Source of the DNA: a virus
Strand: one strand, 5' to 3'
DNA length: 64,000 nt
Virus record (IMG/VR): IMGVR_UViG_3300050343_000182
Part shown: positions 28,757 through 38,531 of the stretch, piece after piece
Layout: each line of letters starts with the position of its first letter
Position numbering within the stretch: the first letter of the stretch is position 1
The notes under the pieces: model-generated
Databases searched by the model: none
What the model saw: the letters and a program-made list of their open reading frames with translations, nothing else
What the model was told of the DNA's origin: nothing
Translations under genes and position numbers: made by a program

Positions 28757-29531
28757 TATTCCTGATATTGATATCAATATTAGAAACATTGACATTGGGA
28801 ATGTTAGAATTTCTGAAGTCCGTGATTGGATTGTAAATCCTCCAAGAGTAATCCCACCCAATGTCCCTATCACAGAGCAGATAGGTGTGCCTATTGTAGA
28901 CATGCCTGGATGTGTAGAGGCACACGAATCAAAAAATAATTCTAATACTGTAGGTGTAGATGATGAGAATGGACTGATAACATACTGCGATGCTGGTATG
29001 CCAAACTTCAGTCCTCTTGACTACGACACTAACAAGATGGACTTTGAGTATAACTCTCCAGTCCCACCAGTAAACTCTCCTGAGCAACCAGAGGTTGACA
29101 CACCAGAGATCCCTGCAGGCACTGGTGCAGCGACTGCAAAGGTAGACTGTCCCACAGAGACACAAGCATTAAAAGAACCAGTCGGACACATCAAGGGTGA
29201 CAAGAAGGTCACTGAGTATCGACTGGTTGGTAAGGAGTGTATACAGGTAACAGATAAACTATCCATTCCTGATCAGGTTATAGGTAATCTTCCTAGTGCT
29301 GGTGCTGTTACTGCGACTGCATCGATTGCTGTCGTTGCAACGACTGCTGCACTGCTTTCAAAACCGCTTGCCGATCTAATTCTGAAAGTGGTGAAGCCGA
29401 CTGTGAAGAAGGTAATGAAGAAGATTGCTGCGATACGGGGGAAGACTCCTCCGATTGAGTCGTCAAAGGAGCGCCAAGATCAGCAGCGGATTCGCTCACA
29501 CGCGATTCGGAAACTGAAGGGGAAGGAATAG
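28749..29531 (+). CDS. Pro-rich protein with C-terminal TM and basic tail
   Basis: AVTATASIAVVATTAALL followed by a K-rich tail; Cys pairs. Confidence 0.7.
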   Translation: MPDIPDIDINIRNIDIGNVRISEVRDWIVNPPRVIPPNVPITEQIGVPIVDMPGCVEAHESKNNSNTVGVDDENGLITYCDAGMPNFSPLDYDTNKMDFEYNSPVPPVNSPEQPEVDTPEIPAGTGAATAKVDCPTETQALKEPVGHIKGDKKVTEYRLVGKECIQVTDKLSIPDQVIGNLPSAGAVTATASIAVVATTAALLSKPLADLILKVVKPTVKKVMKKIAAIRGKTPPIESSKERQDQQRIRSHAIRKLKGKE

Positions 29532-30306
29532 AGTGCCTGTGATCCTTTAATACATTTACATTAGTCACTTGGACATCTGCACAGATGGAAGCATACTGTG
29601 TGCCAGGTGCAAAGCGAATACCTTCCTTCATTAAATTTCCACAATTTTTTAGTCTCGCAATCTCAAAGTCGAGACGCTTGTTAGCAGTTAGTTGATTCAT
29701 CATGTTGATGTTAGCAGCAGCTGCTTCTTTGCATTGTGCTTGTAGTTTCTTATCTAATGGTGTTGACCATGTAGCAGAGAAACCTACGCCAATACTGTAG
29801 TTGTCTTTCTGTCCTGTCCTAGTGGGGACATGGTATAAAATCGAGCCAGGATTATCTAAAGATCCGTCTTCATCTAGATCACGCATATCATATACAGGAT
29901 CTTGATAGTAAGGCTCGTATGGTTTAGATGCAGACGCTGTGCCTGTCACATACGGGGTGAAATTCATAGTGGGTCCTTGACAACTAATACCATTCCCATA
30001 TGTATTAGTAATGTATGGTCCCTGCAAAACCTGAATAGCTTGGTTCGTCACTGAGCCAGAGCTATTCGCGATTGGAGATGCTGTTGCACTGACACCACCA
30101 ACCGTCTCAGCGTTAACTGGTGCTGTTATAAACAGTGCTATTACTGGGTAAAGATACTTGTAGTATCGGTGACGCTTGTCACCTCTGTTACCCTTTGGAT
30201 AATTGTCTGTTGAGTCAACCCTGGTCCGCTCAGAGTTTCCGTGAATTGAAACGCTGCGCCTGGTGTCGTTTGTGTAAACGCTGGTTTGTTGGTCGGCGTT
30301 GTCCAT
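29308..30306 (-). CDS. Exported protein (signal-peptide-like segment, beta region, coiled coil); start codon uncertain
   Basis: YLYPVIALFITAPVNA|ET, YSIGVGFSATWSTPL, QCKEAAA...FEIARLKNCG. Confidence 0.7.
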   Translation of the reverse strand: MDNADQQTSVYTNDTRRSVSIHGNSERTRVDSTDNYPKGNRGDKRHRYYKYLYPVIALFITAPVNAETVGGVSATASPIANSSGSVTNQAIQVLQGPYITNTYGNGISCQGPTMNFTPYVTGTASASKPYEPYYQDPVYDMRDLDEDGSLDNPGSILYHVPTRTGQKDNYSIGVGFSATWSTPLDKKLQAQCKEAAAANINMMNQLTANKRLDFEIARLKNCGNLMKEGIRFAPGTQYASICADVQVTNVNVLKDHRHSIPSPSVSESRVSESAADLGAPLTTQSEESSPVSQQSSSLPSSQSASPLSELDRQAVLKAVQQSLQRQQSMQSQ

Positions 30307-30587
30307 GAAGAAGTCACTCCATCAATAGTTACATTGTTTGTACCTGTACCAGGATTTAGGTTACCTGAAGCGGTAACTCCTGAGCCAGTCACAGAGTATT
30401 GATACCCTGTGTTATAGTCCATGCTGTTTATGGTTTCTGTTACCTTACTGGTCGTTTCCGTGTGGCTCGTCATTGACCCCTGGGTGAAGTTTGGGACCAC
30501 GGGGACCGCCTGGACAGGAGCAAGTATGACACTTGCACCCACCACAGACATCACAGACCATAAGATCGTCTTTCCAAAATGGGTCAT
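30141..30587 (-). CDS. Exported Thr/Ser-rich beta protein
   Basis: Signal peptide KTILWSVMSVVGASVILAPVQA|VPVVPNF. Confidence 0.75.
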   Translation of the reverse strand: MTHFGKTILWSVMSVVGASVILAPVQAVPVVPNFTQGSMTSHTETTSKVTETINSMDYNTGYQYSVTGSGVTASGNLNPGTGTNNVTIDGVTSSWTTPTNKPAFTQTTPGAAFQFTETLSGPGLTQQTIIQRVTEVTSVTDTTSIFTQ

Positions 30588-30598
30588 CCCTAACGCTC

Positions 30599-31102
30599 CT
30601 AGTCAATGACAGTGATCTCAGAGACGAATTGTCCCGTGGCAGATGTGCCAGCTCCACCAGCCGTTACCGTAAGAGCACCGCTACTCAAGACTGTACCTGC
30701 AAGGGTTGATGCCACACCAGCAGTGTATGAAGTCTGAGAGGAGTAGTTGCTTACATCACCTACAGTTGGTGCGCTAGTTGAAATAGCATCACCTTGAGTA
30801 AAGGACTGACTGTAGCTGAATGCATTGCCGTTTGTGTGCTGTGTTGCTGCGATAGTGCCAGGTGCCATAACACCTGAGGTGATCGTGCCTGCTGAGATAG
30901 TGCCAGCAGTCGTGCCATCAGTAGTGTTTATACCACTACCTGAGATCGCGTAAGAGTTTCCAACTCTGGAGACGGTAGACCTTGCTGCATCAACATTCAA
31001 CTGCACACTAGAAGCATGTTTAGTAACGAGTCCACCTGCTTGGGCGGCACCCGCTGTCATCAATAACATAACGATAGGGAGCAGAGATTTTCTCATTTCC
31101 AT
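30599..31102 (-). CDS. Exported Thr/Ser/Gly-rich beta protein
   Basis: Signal peptide MRKSLLPIVMLLMTAGAAQA|GG. Confidence 0.78.
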   Translation of the reverse strand: MEMRKSLLPIVMLLMTAGAAQAGGLVTKHASSVQLNVDAARSTVSRVGNSYAISGSGINTTDGTTAGTISAGTITSGVMAPGTIAATQHTNGNAFSYSQSFTQGDAISTSAPTVGDVSNYSSQTSYTAGVASTLAGTVLSSGALTVTAGGAGTSATGQFVSEITVID

Positions 31103-31122
31103 CGGTTATAAAGTGCTAGAGG

Positions 31123-31128
31123 TATTTA
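31123..31128 (-). promoter_or_regulatory. Late promoter for the reverse-strand trio
   Basis: Reverse complement cTAAATAc about 20 nt upstream of the 31102 ATG. Confidence 0.65.
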
Positions 31129-31172
31129 GCAAGATGAGTATGTTTACGGTAAACACTACTAGGTATGTTTAC

Positions 31173-31178
31173 TAAATA
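31173..31178 (+). promoter_or_regulatory. Late promoter for hsp20 (divergent)
   Basis: cTAAATAt. Confidence 0.65.
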
Positions 31179-31234
31179 TATCGGTTGCCTTCGGGGACCA
31201 CACAATACAATCTCGCTTTATAAGGAGAAGTTAC

Positions 31235-31729
31235 ATGGACCTTACTAGATGGTCATCGAAAGATGTCGATAAAATTTTTGATGCTGCGAACAGATACAGC
31301 ATCGGACTAGATGATATCTTCTATCGATTACATTCATATGGATCGAATCATCCTGGTGGACAATATCCCCCATACAATATCATCAAAGAATCAAATATTA
31401 AATGGCGCATTGAAGTAGCACTTGCTGGATGGGATCCGAAAGATGTTGAGGTAACTACTGAGTCAAATATACTCTTAGTAAAATCTGTTGCATCTAAGAA
31501 TGATATTGAAGATGATGAGTATGTGCATCGTGGATTGTCTTCACGCACCTTCACTAGGGGATTCAACCTGAGTGATGATGTCGAAGTCGGTACAGTCAGG
31601 TTTACAAACGGGTTGCTCGTGGTAGAATTGCAGAGGATTATTCCTGATCATCAGAAACGAAAAGTTTATGACATCGAAAATACTGCACTGGATCAAGGTA
31701 GCAGTGACACACCCAGCGACGCACGCTAA
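31235..31729 (+). CDS. hsp20: Small heat-shock protein Hsp20
   Basis: YPPYNII, IEVALAGW, YVHRGLSSRTFTRGFNLSDD, NGLLVVEL. Confidence 0.93.
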   Translation: MDLTRWSSKDVDKIFDAANRYSIGLDDIFYRLHSYGSNHPGGQYPPYNIIKESNIKWRIEVALAGWDPKDVEVTTESNILLVKSVASKNDIEDDEYVHRGLSSRTFTRGFNLSDDVEVGTVRFTNGLLVVELQRIIPDHQKRKVYDIENTALDQGSSDTPSDAR

Positions 31730-31883
31730 CCTTATGATGGTGGGCACTCTGATTATGATTGGAGTGCTCCATAACCATGCTCACTTCTCCATGGAGAAGG
31801 ATGCAGATGCATATGTCAGGCAATGGTGTAGGTCTTCAGATCAAAACAAAGCGACTTGCAAAAGTTACAGCACCGATTATTGA
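31668..31883 (+). CDS. Small membrane protein
   Basis: [19 protein letters not shown]...[10 protein letters not shown]. Confidence 0.65.
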   Translation: MTSKILHWIKVAVTHPATHANLMMVGTLIMIGVLHNHAHFSMEKDADAYVRQWCRSSDQNKATCKSYSTDY

Positions 31884-31912
31884 TATATACTGGGGTTAGT
31901 GACTTACGAAAC

Positions 31913-32200
31913 ATGAACGTAACTATTAAGCAGACAGACGGGACCGAAACAACTTTTGAATGTGACGGTGACACATATATTCTTGACGCAGCAGAAGAAG
32001 CAGGAGCAGATATGCCATACTCCTGCCGTGCAGGTGCCTGTAGCACTTGTGCAGGCAAGATTGAATCAGGCACAGTGAATCAGGAAGATCAATCATTCTT
32101 AGATGACGATCAGATCGCAGCAGGATTCCTACTCACTTGTGTATCGTATCCCACATCAGATCTGGTGATCCTAGCAGAGCAAGAAGAGTATCTTTATTGA
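31913..32200 (+). CDS. petF: Plant-type [2Fe-2S] ferredoxin
   Basis: [38 protein letters not shown]; likely start MNVTIK at 31913. Confidence 0.95.
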   Translation: MNVTIKQTDGTETTFECDGDTYILDAAEEAGADMPYSCRAGACSTCAGKIESGTVNQEDQSFLDDDQIAAGFLLTCVSYPTSDLVILAEQEEYLY

Positions 32201-32220
32201 CATATATAATATGCAACTGA

Positions 32221-32249
32221 AGAGACCACCCTGATGGGGGTCTCTTTTT
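32221..32249 (+). terminator. Rho-independent terminator after petF
   Basis: agagacc(a)ccc-tgat-gggggtctct followed by tttt. Confidence 0.75.
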
Positions 32250-32266
32250 GTTTGGAGTTGATTTTA

Positions 32267-32509
32267 ATGAACATGTATGTTAACCTGTGTACTGCATACG
32301 CAGAGAAAAGCGAAACACTTACTCTAGACGTGCCACCTGATCAGATGGATACGTTTATGCAGTATGTCCACGTCCTTGCGGAAGAGAAAAACATCTCTGC
32401 TCGCCGTGCCTTTCAAGACATGGTGCAAGGCACTTACGAACAACTAATGGAAAAAGATTATGAGCGTAAAAATCGCAAGAATGCAAAGCGGCGAGGACGT
32501 AATCGCTGA
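32267..32509 (+). CDS. Hypothetical protein
   Basis: MNMYVNLC...; GGAG RBS upstream. Confidence 0.65.
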   Translation: MNMYVNLCTAYAEKSETLTLDVPPDQMDTFMQYVHVLAEEKNISARRAFQDMVQGTYEQLMEKDYERKNRKNAKRRGRNR

Positions 32510-32852
32510 CATTAAAGAAGTCAGGGCGTCCGACGACAGCACTCTGCCTCTCGCGTATCAGTTTAGTCAACCATACTCAGTGGTGATTGAGCAACCAGCA
32601 GACAAGATGTTTGATTTCCAAGGGGGAGAGACTGTCCCTGACGAGATGGACCTCTCTGACGTGCAGATCAAACTGTTTCCATGGTCACCACTGACTGTTG
32701 GTAACAACATTGTATCTGTAATGTCAGTTGTCAGTCTTGGTGACCCTCACGAAAACGTGACTGAAAGTTACAAGGCTATACTTAAATCTCATAAACCTGC
32801 TGGTATGAGTGTTTACTTCGACGAAGAAGATGCATCTGCAAGAGACCTATGA
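32460..32852 (+). CDS. Conserved hypothetical protein (Sm-like motif RMQSGEDVIAD)
   Basis: Paralogous motif to the 23576 ORF. Confidence 0.75.
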   Translation: MSVKIARMQSGEDVIADIKEVRASDDSTLPLAYQFSQPYSVVIEQPADKMFDFQGGETVPDEMDLSDVQIKLFPWSPLTVGNNIVSVMSVVSLGDPHENVTESYKAILKSHKPAGMSVYFDEEDASARDL

Positions 32853-33094
32853 TTAAAGTTTTAATTCTTAAGAACAATCCTGACACTTACCTCATTGGTA
32901 AACTGACTGAGATGGATGAAGAACCCAGTCTCCTATTGGAAGACTCTCATGTGATTGATGTAGACACCAGCCTTCATAGGTATCCCCTGCACACTGACCA
33001 ATCATTTCTCTTCTTGACATCTACAGATATTATGTCTATACTGGATCCTGCACCCGCAGTGCTGGCAGCATACCAGAAAGCAGTTAAGGAATGA
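32849..33094 (+). CDS. Hypothetical protein
   Basis: ATGA-coupled to both neighbours, upstream of gp43. Confidence 0.7.
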   Translation: MIKVLILKNNPDTYLIGKLTEMDEEPSLLLEDSHVIDVDTSLHRYPLHTDQSFLFLTSTDIMSILDPAPAVLAAYQKAVKE

Positions 33095-35598
33095 GTGATT
33101 TTTACACAAGTGTCTGTCTACTGGGCGATGACATTCTCATCAGAGGTTACGAGCACGGAGACCCCGTGCAGTATCGAGAGAAGTCTCGCCCTACTTTGTT
33201 TCTAGTGCCTAACGCACAACAGAAGACGAGTAAGTATCGGACACTGGATGGTCGTTATGCTTTCCCTAAGCAGTTTGATGGCGCTCGTGAAGCACGAGAG
33301 TTTATCAAAACGTATGAGGGCGCATCGGGTCTGGAAGTCCATGGATATGAGCGGTATGTTTATCAACATATTGCTCAGAAGTGGCAGGGTGAGATTGATT
33401 ATGACATGTCTAAGATGAAGATCTGGACTATTGACATTGAGGTTGCCTGCGAAAATGGATTCCCAGACGTGCAAGCATCTGCTGAGGAGATGCTTTGTAT
33501 TACGATGAAGAACTTCAATACCAAGGAGACAATCACCTGGGGGACCAGAGAGTTTGTTGCTCCAAAGGATGTTGAATACCGTGTCTTCTGGACAGAGCAA
33601 GAGATGCTACAGGACTTTCACTCATGGTGGAATCAGAATACCCCTGATATCATTACTGGATGGAATAACAACCTGTATGACATCCCTTACATCTGTCGTC
33701 GTATCGAGCGGGTGCTAGGTGAGAAGTGGAAGAAGTCTCTGTCCCCCTGGAATAGGGTCATTGACAGAGAGATCAAGATGATGGGACGCACCAATATAGC
33801 GTATGAAATAACTGGTGTAGCGATCCTCGATTATCTCGATCTCTATAAGAAATTCACTTACACTAACCAGGAATCCTATCGCCTAGACCATATTGCTATG
33901 GTTGAATTGGGTGATAAGAAGTTGGACCACTCTGAGTTTGAAAACTTCAAGGATTTCTACACGTCTGACTGGCAACGCTTCGTGGAATACAACATCCATG
34001 ACGTGAATCTGGTTGACATGCTGGAAGATAAGATGAAGTTAATCGAGTTGGCAGTTACCATGGCGTATGACGCTAAGGTAAACCTTGAGGATGTATATTC
34101 TCAAGTCCGTATGTGGGACACCCTGATCTATAATGATCTTAAAGGTCGTAACATTGTGGTGCCACCTCGCCTAACTACTAAGAAGGATGATAAGTATGCA
34201 GGAGCATATGTCAAAGAACCGATTCCAGGAAGTTATGATTGGGTGGTGTCTTTCGATCTTAACTCTCTGTATCCTCATCTCATTATGCAGTACAACATCT
34301 CCCCCGAGACGCTCATGGATGAGCGACACCCAACGGTTACAGTTGATAAAATACTTAATCAGGAAATAGTATTCGATGGGGATGGTTGTGTGTGTGCTAA
34401 CGGTGCTCAATACCGTAAGGATACACTTGGATTCCTTCCACAAATGATGCAAAGAATCTATGATGAAAGGACCATTTACAAGAAGAGAATGCTTGCCGCT
34501 AAGCAAAATCTCGAAGATGCCACCACACCTGCAGAAACCTTGGCATTACAAAAGGATGTGTCAAAATTCAACAACATCCAAATGGCAAGAAAGATCCAAC
34601 TCAACAGCGCCTATGGTGCCATCGGAAATCAATACTTCCGATACTACTCTCTGGCAAATGCTGAAGCGATTACTCTATCGGGACAGGTAAGTATCCGATG
34701 GATTCAAAACAAAATGAATACTTACCTTAATAAAATCTTGAGGACTACTGATGTTGACTACGTTATTGCTGCTGATACTGATTCCATCTATCTCAATCTG
34801 GGTCCTTTTGTTGACAAGGTATTCCAAGGCAGAGAGAAGAGCGATGAAAGTGTTGTTAGGTTCCTTAACAAGGTGTGTGAAGTGGAATTTGAGAAGTATA
34901 TTGGAAATTCTTATGAAGCGTTGGCGACCTATGTAAACGCCTACGATCAGAAGATGTTTATGAAGCGAGAGAATATCGCTAACCGTGGCATCTGGACAGC
35001 AAAGAAGAGATATATCCTCAATGTATTTGATAGTGAGGGTGTCCGTTACAAGACTCCCAAACTTAAGATCAACGGTATTGAAGCAGTCAAGTCTTCTACC
35101 CCTGCACCCTGTCGCACTGCCATTAAGGATGCTCTGAAGGTCATTATGAATGGCACAGAGGATGAGTTGCAGAAGTTTATCGCTGACTTCCGTGAGAGGT
35201 TTGAGGCGATGCCTGTGGAGGAGATTGCATTCCCCCGTGGATGTAACAACGTGGCAAAGAATTCGTCACCTGCTACCATCTATGGCAAGGGATGCCCCAT
35301 GCATGTGCGAGGAGCACTGCTGTATAACTTCTATATCAAGAAGAGGAAACTGGCACACAAGTATCCCATCATCCAAGAGGGTGAGAAGATTAAGTATGTG
35401 ATGCTGAGGACACCAAACCAGATCAACGAGAACGTGATCTCATTCTTCCAGACTCTCCCAACCGAGTTTGGACTTGACAAAAGCATAGACTATGACCTAC
35501 AGTTTAAGAAGTCGTTTCTTGACCCTTTGACTGTGATCTTAGACACCATTGGTTGGAAACCCGAAAAAATAAACACCCTGGAGGCACTTTGGTCGTGA
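33091..35598 (+). CDS. gp43: Family B DNA polymerase gp43
   Basis: DIEV exonuclease motif, [33 protein letters not shown]. Confidence 0.98.
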   Translation: MSDFYTSVCLLGDDILIRGYEHGDPVQYREKSRPTLFLVPNAQQKTSKYRTLDGRYAFPKQFDGAREAREFIKTYEGASGLEVHGYERYVYQHIAQKWQGEIDYDMSKMKIWTIDIEVACENGFPDVQASAEEMLCITMKNFNTKETITWGTREFVAPKDVEYRVFWTEQEMLQDFHSWWNQNTPDIITGWNNNLYDIPYICRRIERVLGEKWKKSLSPWNRVIDREIKMMGRTNIAYEITGVAILDYLDLYKKFTYTNQESYRLDHIAMVELGDKKLDHSEFENFKDFYTSDWQRFVEYNIHDVNLVDMLEDKMKLIELAVTMAYDAKVNLEDVYSQVRMWDTLIYNDLKGRNIVVPPRLTTKKDDKYAGAYVKEPIPGSYDWVVSFDLNSLYPHLIMQYNISPETLMDERHPTVTVDKILNQEIVFDGDGCVCANGAQYRKDTLGFLPQMMQRIYDERTIYKKRMLAAKQNLEDATTPAETLALQKDVSKFNNIQMARKIQLNSAYGAIGNQYFRYYSLANAEAITLSGQVSIRWIQNKMNTYLNKILRTTDVDYVIAADTDSIYLNLGPFVDKVFQGREKSDESVVRFLNKVCEVEFEKYIGNSYEALATYVNAYDQKMFMKRENIANRGIWTAKKRYILNVFDSEGVRYKTPKLKINGIEAVKSSTPAPCRTAIKDALKVIMNGTEDELQKFIADFRERFEAMPVEEIAFPRGCNNVAKNSSPATIYGKGCPMHVRGALLYNFYIKKRKLAHKYPIIQEGEKIKYVMLRTPNQINENVISFFQTLPTEFGLDKSIDYDLQFKKSFLDPLTVILDTIGWKPEKINTLEALWS

Positions 35599-36608
35599 AT
35601 TTTCTTTCTGATATCGTAAAGGAGATCGATAATGAATACGCTGGTCTGGTTTCAGACGGAGTTGCAGCAGGTGATACCACCTCTTATATCGATACTGGCA
35701 GTTATATTTTTAATGCACTGGTATCTGGATCGATCTATGGTGGCATCCCGTCCAATAAGATTACAGCTCTGGCAGGCGAGTCTTCAACTGGTAAGACTTT
35801 CTATTGCCTTGGGATTGTCAAGCATTTTCTTGACATGGATCCTGATGCAGGTGTAATCTATTTTGAATCTGAGTCTGCCATCAGTAAGAACATGATCGAG
35901 TCTCGCAAGATTGACTCAAATCGTATGGTCATTGTCCCTGTCACTACAGTGCAGGAGTTTAGGCAGCAGGCAATCAAGATTATTGACAAATACTTAAGTC
36001 TGCCTGAGGAGTCTCGCCAACCTATGATGTTTGTGTTAGACTCATTAGGAATGCTCTCAACCTCTAAGGAGATTGAGGACACCGAAGCGGGTAAAGAAAC
36101 CCGCGATATGTCACGGGCACAGGTAGTTAAGTCTATCTTCCGTGTGCTCACTCTTAAACTGGGTAAAGCAAACGTGCCTATGATCGTTACTAACCACACT
36201 TATGATGTTATTGGATCTTATGTCCCTACAAAGGAAATGGGTGGAGGCAGTGGACTCAAGTATGCTGCATCTACAATCATCTATCTCTCAAAGAAAAAAG
36301 AGAAGGATGGCAAAGAAGTTATTGGAAACATTATCAAGGCAAAGACTGCTAAGTCGCGTCTGAGTAAGGAGAACACTGTCGTTGAAACACGTCTTTACTA
36401 TGACGAGCGTGGACTTGACCGCTATTTCGGACTACTGGAATTGGGTGAGAAGTATGGAGTCTTCCAACGGGTCGGTAATCGTATCAAGTTTGGTGAGACT
36501 TCTGTTTATCCTAAGTCTATTCTCTCTGATCCCGAAAAATACTTCACCCCCGAAGTGATGGTTAAACTTGACAAAGCAGCAGAGCAGGAGTTCTCTTATG
36601 GATCATAA
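35595..36608 (+). CDS. uvsX: RecA-like recombinase UvsX
   Basis: [30 protein letters not shown]; GTG start overlapping the gp43 stop. Confidence 0.95.
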   Translation: MNFLSDIVKEIDNEYAGLVSDGVAAGDTTSYIDTGSYIFNALVSGSIYGGIPSNKITALAGESSTGKTFYCLGIVKHFLDMDPDAGVIYFESESAISKNMIESRKIDSNRMVIVPVTTVQEFRQQAIKIIDKYLSLPEESRQPMMFVLDSLGMLSTSKEIEDTEAGKETRDMSRAQVVKSIFRVLTLKLGKANVPMIVTNHTYDVIGSYVPTKEMGGGSGLKYAASTIIYLSKKKEKDGKEVIGNIIKAKTAKSRLSKENTVVETRLYYDERGLDRYFGLLELGEKYGVFQRVGNRIKFGETSVYPKSILSDPEKYFTPEVMVKLDKAAEQEFSYGS

Positions 36609-37158
36609 GGAATGGATTAAGATCTATCCCAAAGCACTTGATCCAAATGTATGTCGTAATGCTCTCCTTAAGGCAGACAATACTGACAAGATGATGCGGT
36701 GGGATGATGGTGTCCCACAATATAACATCATCAACATTTCTTTCCTGGCAGACGAGGGTGATCATGAGTGGAATGCAATCCAACAACAGATTGTACCCAT
36801 CATTCAGTGGTCTGCACATGAATACATGAAGCAGATGGACTGCGAGAAATTCTGGGCAACCAAGAATAATCTTGAGCAGATCAAATTGAATAAATACAAT
36901 GTCGAGACTGGGGATAACTTCGGTCTACATATCGATGTTGGTGATGCCGACTCTGCTAAGAGATTCCTAGCATACAAATTCTTCCTTAACGATGTTGAGG
37001 AGGGAGGCGAAATGGAATTCCCGCAAGTGGGTCTCAAGATTAAACCACAGCAAGGTGATGTGGTATTATATCCACCTGGGTGGACGTTTCCTTACTCGGA
37101 CAACGCTCCTATCAGTAATGACAAGTATGAATTGACCACCTATCTACATTATCAATGA
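36598..37158 (+). CDS. Prolyl-4-hydroxylase-like 2OG-Fe(II) oxygenase (distal His replaced by Tyr)
   Basis: [28 protein letters not shown]. Confidence 0.78.
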   Translation: MDHKEWIKIYPKALDPNVCRNALLKADNTDKMMRWDDGVPQYNIINISFLADEGDHEWNAIQQQIVPIIQWSAHEYMKQMDCEKFWATKNNLEQIKLNKYNVETGDNFGLHIDVGDADSAKRFLAYKFFLNDVEEGGEMEFPQVGLKIKPQQGDVVLYPPGWTFPYSDNAPISNDKYELTTYLHYQ

Positions 37159-38531
37159 GCCTAAAGATCGAAGAGATTGCACTCAGTAAACTTATCCTTG
37201 AGGAAGATTACTGTCGAAAGGTTTTGCCTTTCCTTAAGGATGAATACTTCGATATGTTTACTAACCGTCTGTTGTTTCAGACGATTCAGGAATACATCGG
37301 TGAGTACGATATCAATCCAGAGCCTAACGCTCTGAAGATTGAGATTGAGCAGCGACGTGACATCACGGAGGACACTTACAAGGAGATTGAAACCTTCCTT
37401 GATAACCTAGACCGTGACACATACAACGATGAATGGTTGATGGAGACCACTGAGAAGTGGTGTAAAGAACGTGCAGTCTATCTTGCTCTCATGGAGTCAG
37501 TTAAGATTGCAGATGGACAAGATAAGACAAGGACAAAGGACGCTATCCCCAGCATTATGTCTGAGGCATTGGGCGTCTGTTTTGATGATCATGTAGGTCA
37601 CGATTACATCTCTGATGCATCAGACCGTTACGACTTTTACCACAGGAAAGAGGAGAAGATTCCCTTTGACATCGACTATTTTAACAAAATCACAAAAGGT
37701 GGTCTGCCTAATAAGACTCTCAACATCGCACTTGCTGGCACAGGTGTCGGGAAGTCTCTATTCATGTGCCACTGCGCTAGTGCCAGTCTCCTGCAGGGGA
37801 GGAACGTACTCTACATTACACTTGAAATGGCAGAGGAGAAGATTGCTGAGCGAATTGACGCCAACCTTCTGGACATCCCGATCCAACAACTGAGTGATCC
37901 GATGTTTACTAAAGAGAGATACATCAAGAAGGTGGACTCTCTTAAGAAGAAGACACAAGGTCGCTTAGTTATTAAAGAGTATCCCACAGCGTCTGCACAT
38001 GTGGGACACTTTGAAGCACTCTTGAATGAGTTGTCACTCAAGAAAGGTTTCCATCCTGACATTGTATTTGTTGACTACCTTAATATCTGTGCGTCCTCAC
38101 GATACAAAGGGACTGCAGTCAATTCCTATACATATGTTAAGTCCATCGCAGAGGAATTGAGAGGACTCGCTGGCAAGTTGAATGTCCCTATTGTCTCTGC
38201 TACTCAAACTACCCGAAGTGGATATGGAAATTCTGATGTGGATATTACCGATACTAGCGAGTCTTTTGGACTGCCTGCTACTGCTGATCTTATGGTCGCG
38301 CTTATATCCACAGAGGAGATGGAGCAGCTGGGTCAGATCATGGTCAAGCAACTCAAAAATAGATACAACGACCCCACCCTATTCAAACGATTTGTTGTAG
38401 GGATTGACAGGGCGAAGATGAGGCTGTATGATTGTGACCAGTCCGCCCAGGACAACATCATTGATGCTGGTGACATCAGTGAGGATGCATTCACCGATAC
38501 TAAAAAAAGTTTTGACGGATTCAAAGTATGA
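37155..38531 (+). CDS. gp41: Replicative helicase gp41
   Basis: LAGTGVGKS, TLEMAEE, VDYLNIC, SESFGLPATAD, KQLKNRY. Confidence 0.96.
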   Translation: MSLKIEEIALSKLILEEDYCRKVLPFLKDEYFDMFTNRLLFQTIQEYIGEYDINPEPNALKIEIEQRRDITEDTYKEIETFLDNLDRDTYNDEWLMETTEKWCKERAVYLALMESVKIADGQDKTRTKDAIPSIMSEALGVCFDDHVGHDYISDASDRYDFYHRKEEKIPFDIDYFNKITKGGLPNKTLNIALAGTGVGKSLFMCHCASASLLQGRNVLYITLEMAEEKIAERIDANLLDIPIQQLSDPMFTKERYIKKVDSLKKKTQGRLVIKEYPTASAHVGHFEALLNELSLKKGFHPDIVFVDYLNICASSRYKGTAVNSYTYVKSIAEELRGLAGKLNVPIVSATQTTRSGYGNSDVDITDTSESFGLPATADLMVALISTEEMEQLGQIMVKQLKNRYNDPTLFKRFVVGIDRAKMRLYDCDQSAQDNIIDAGDISEDAFTDTKKSFDGFKV

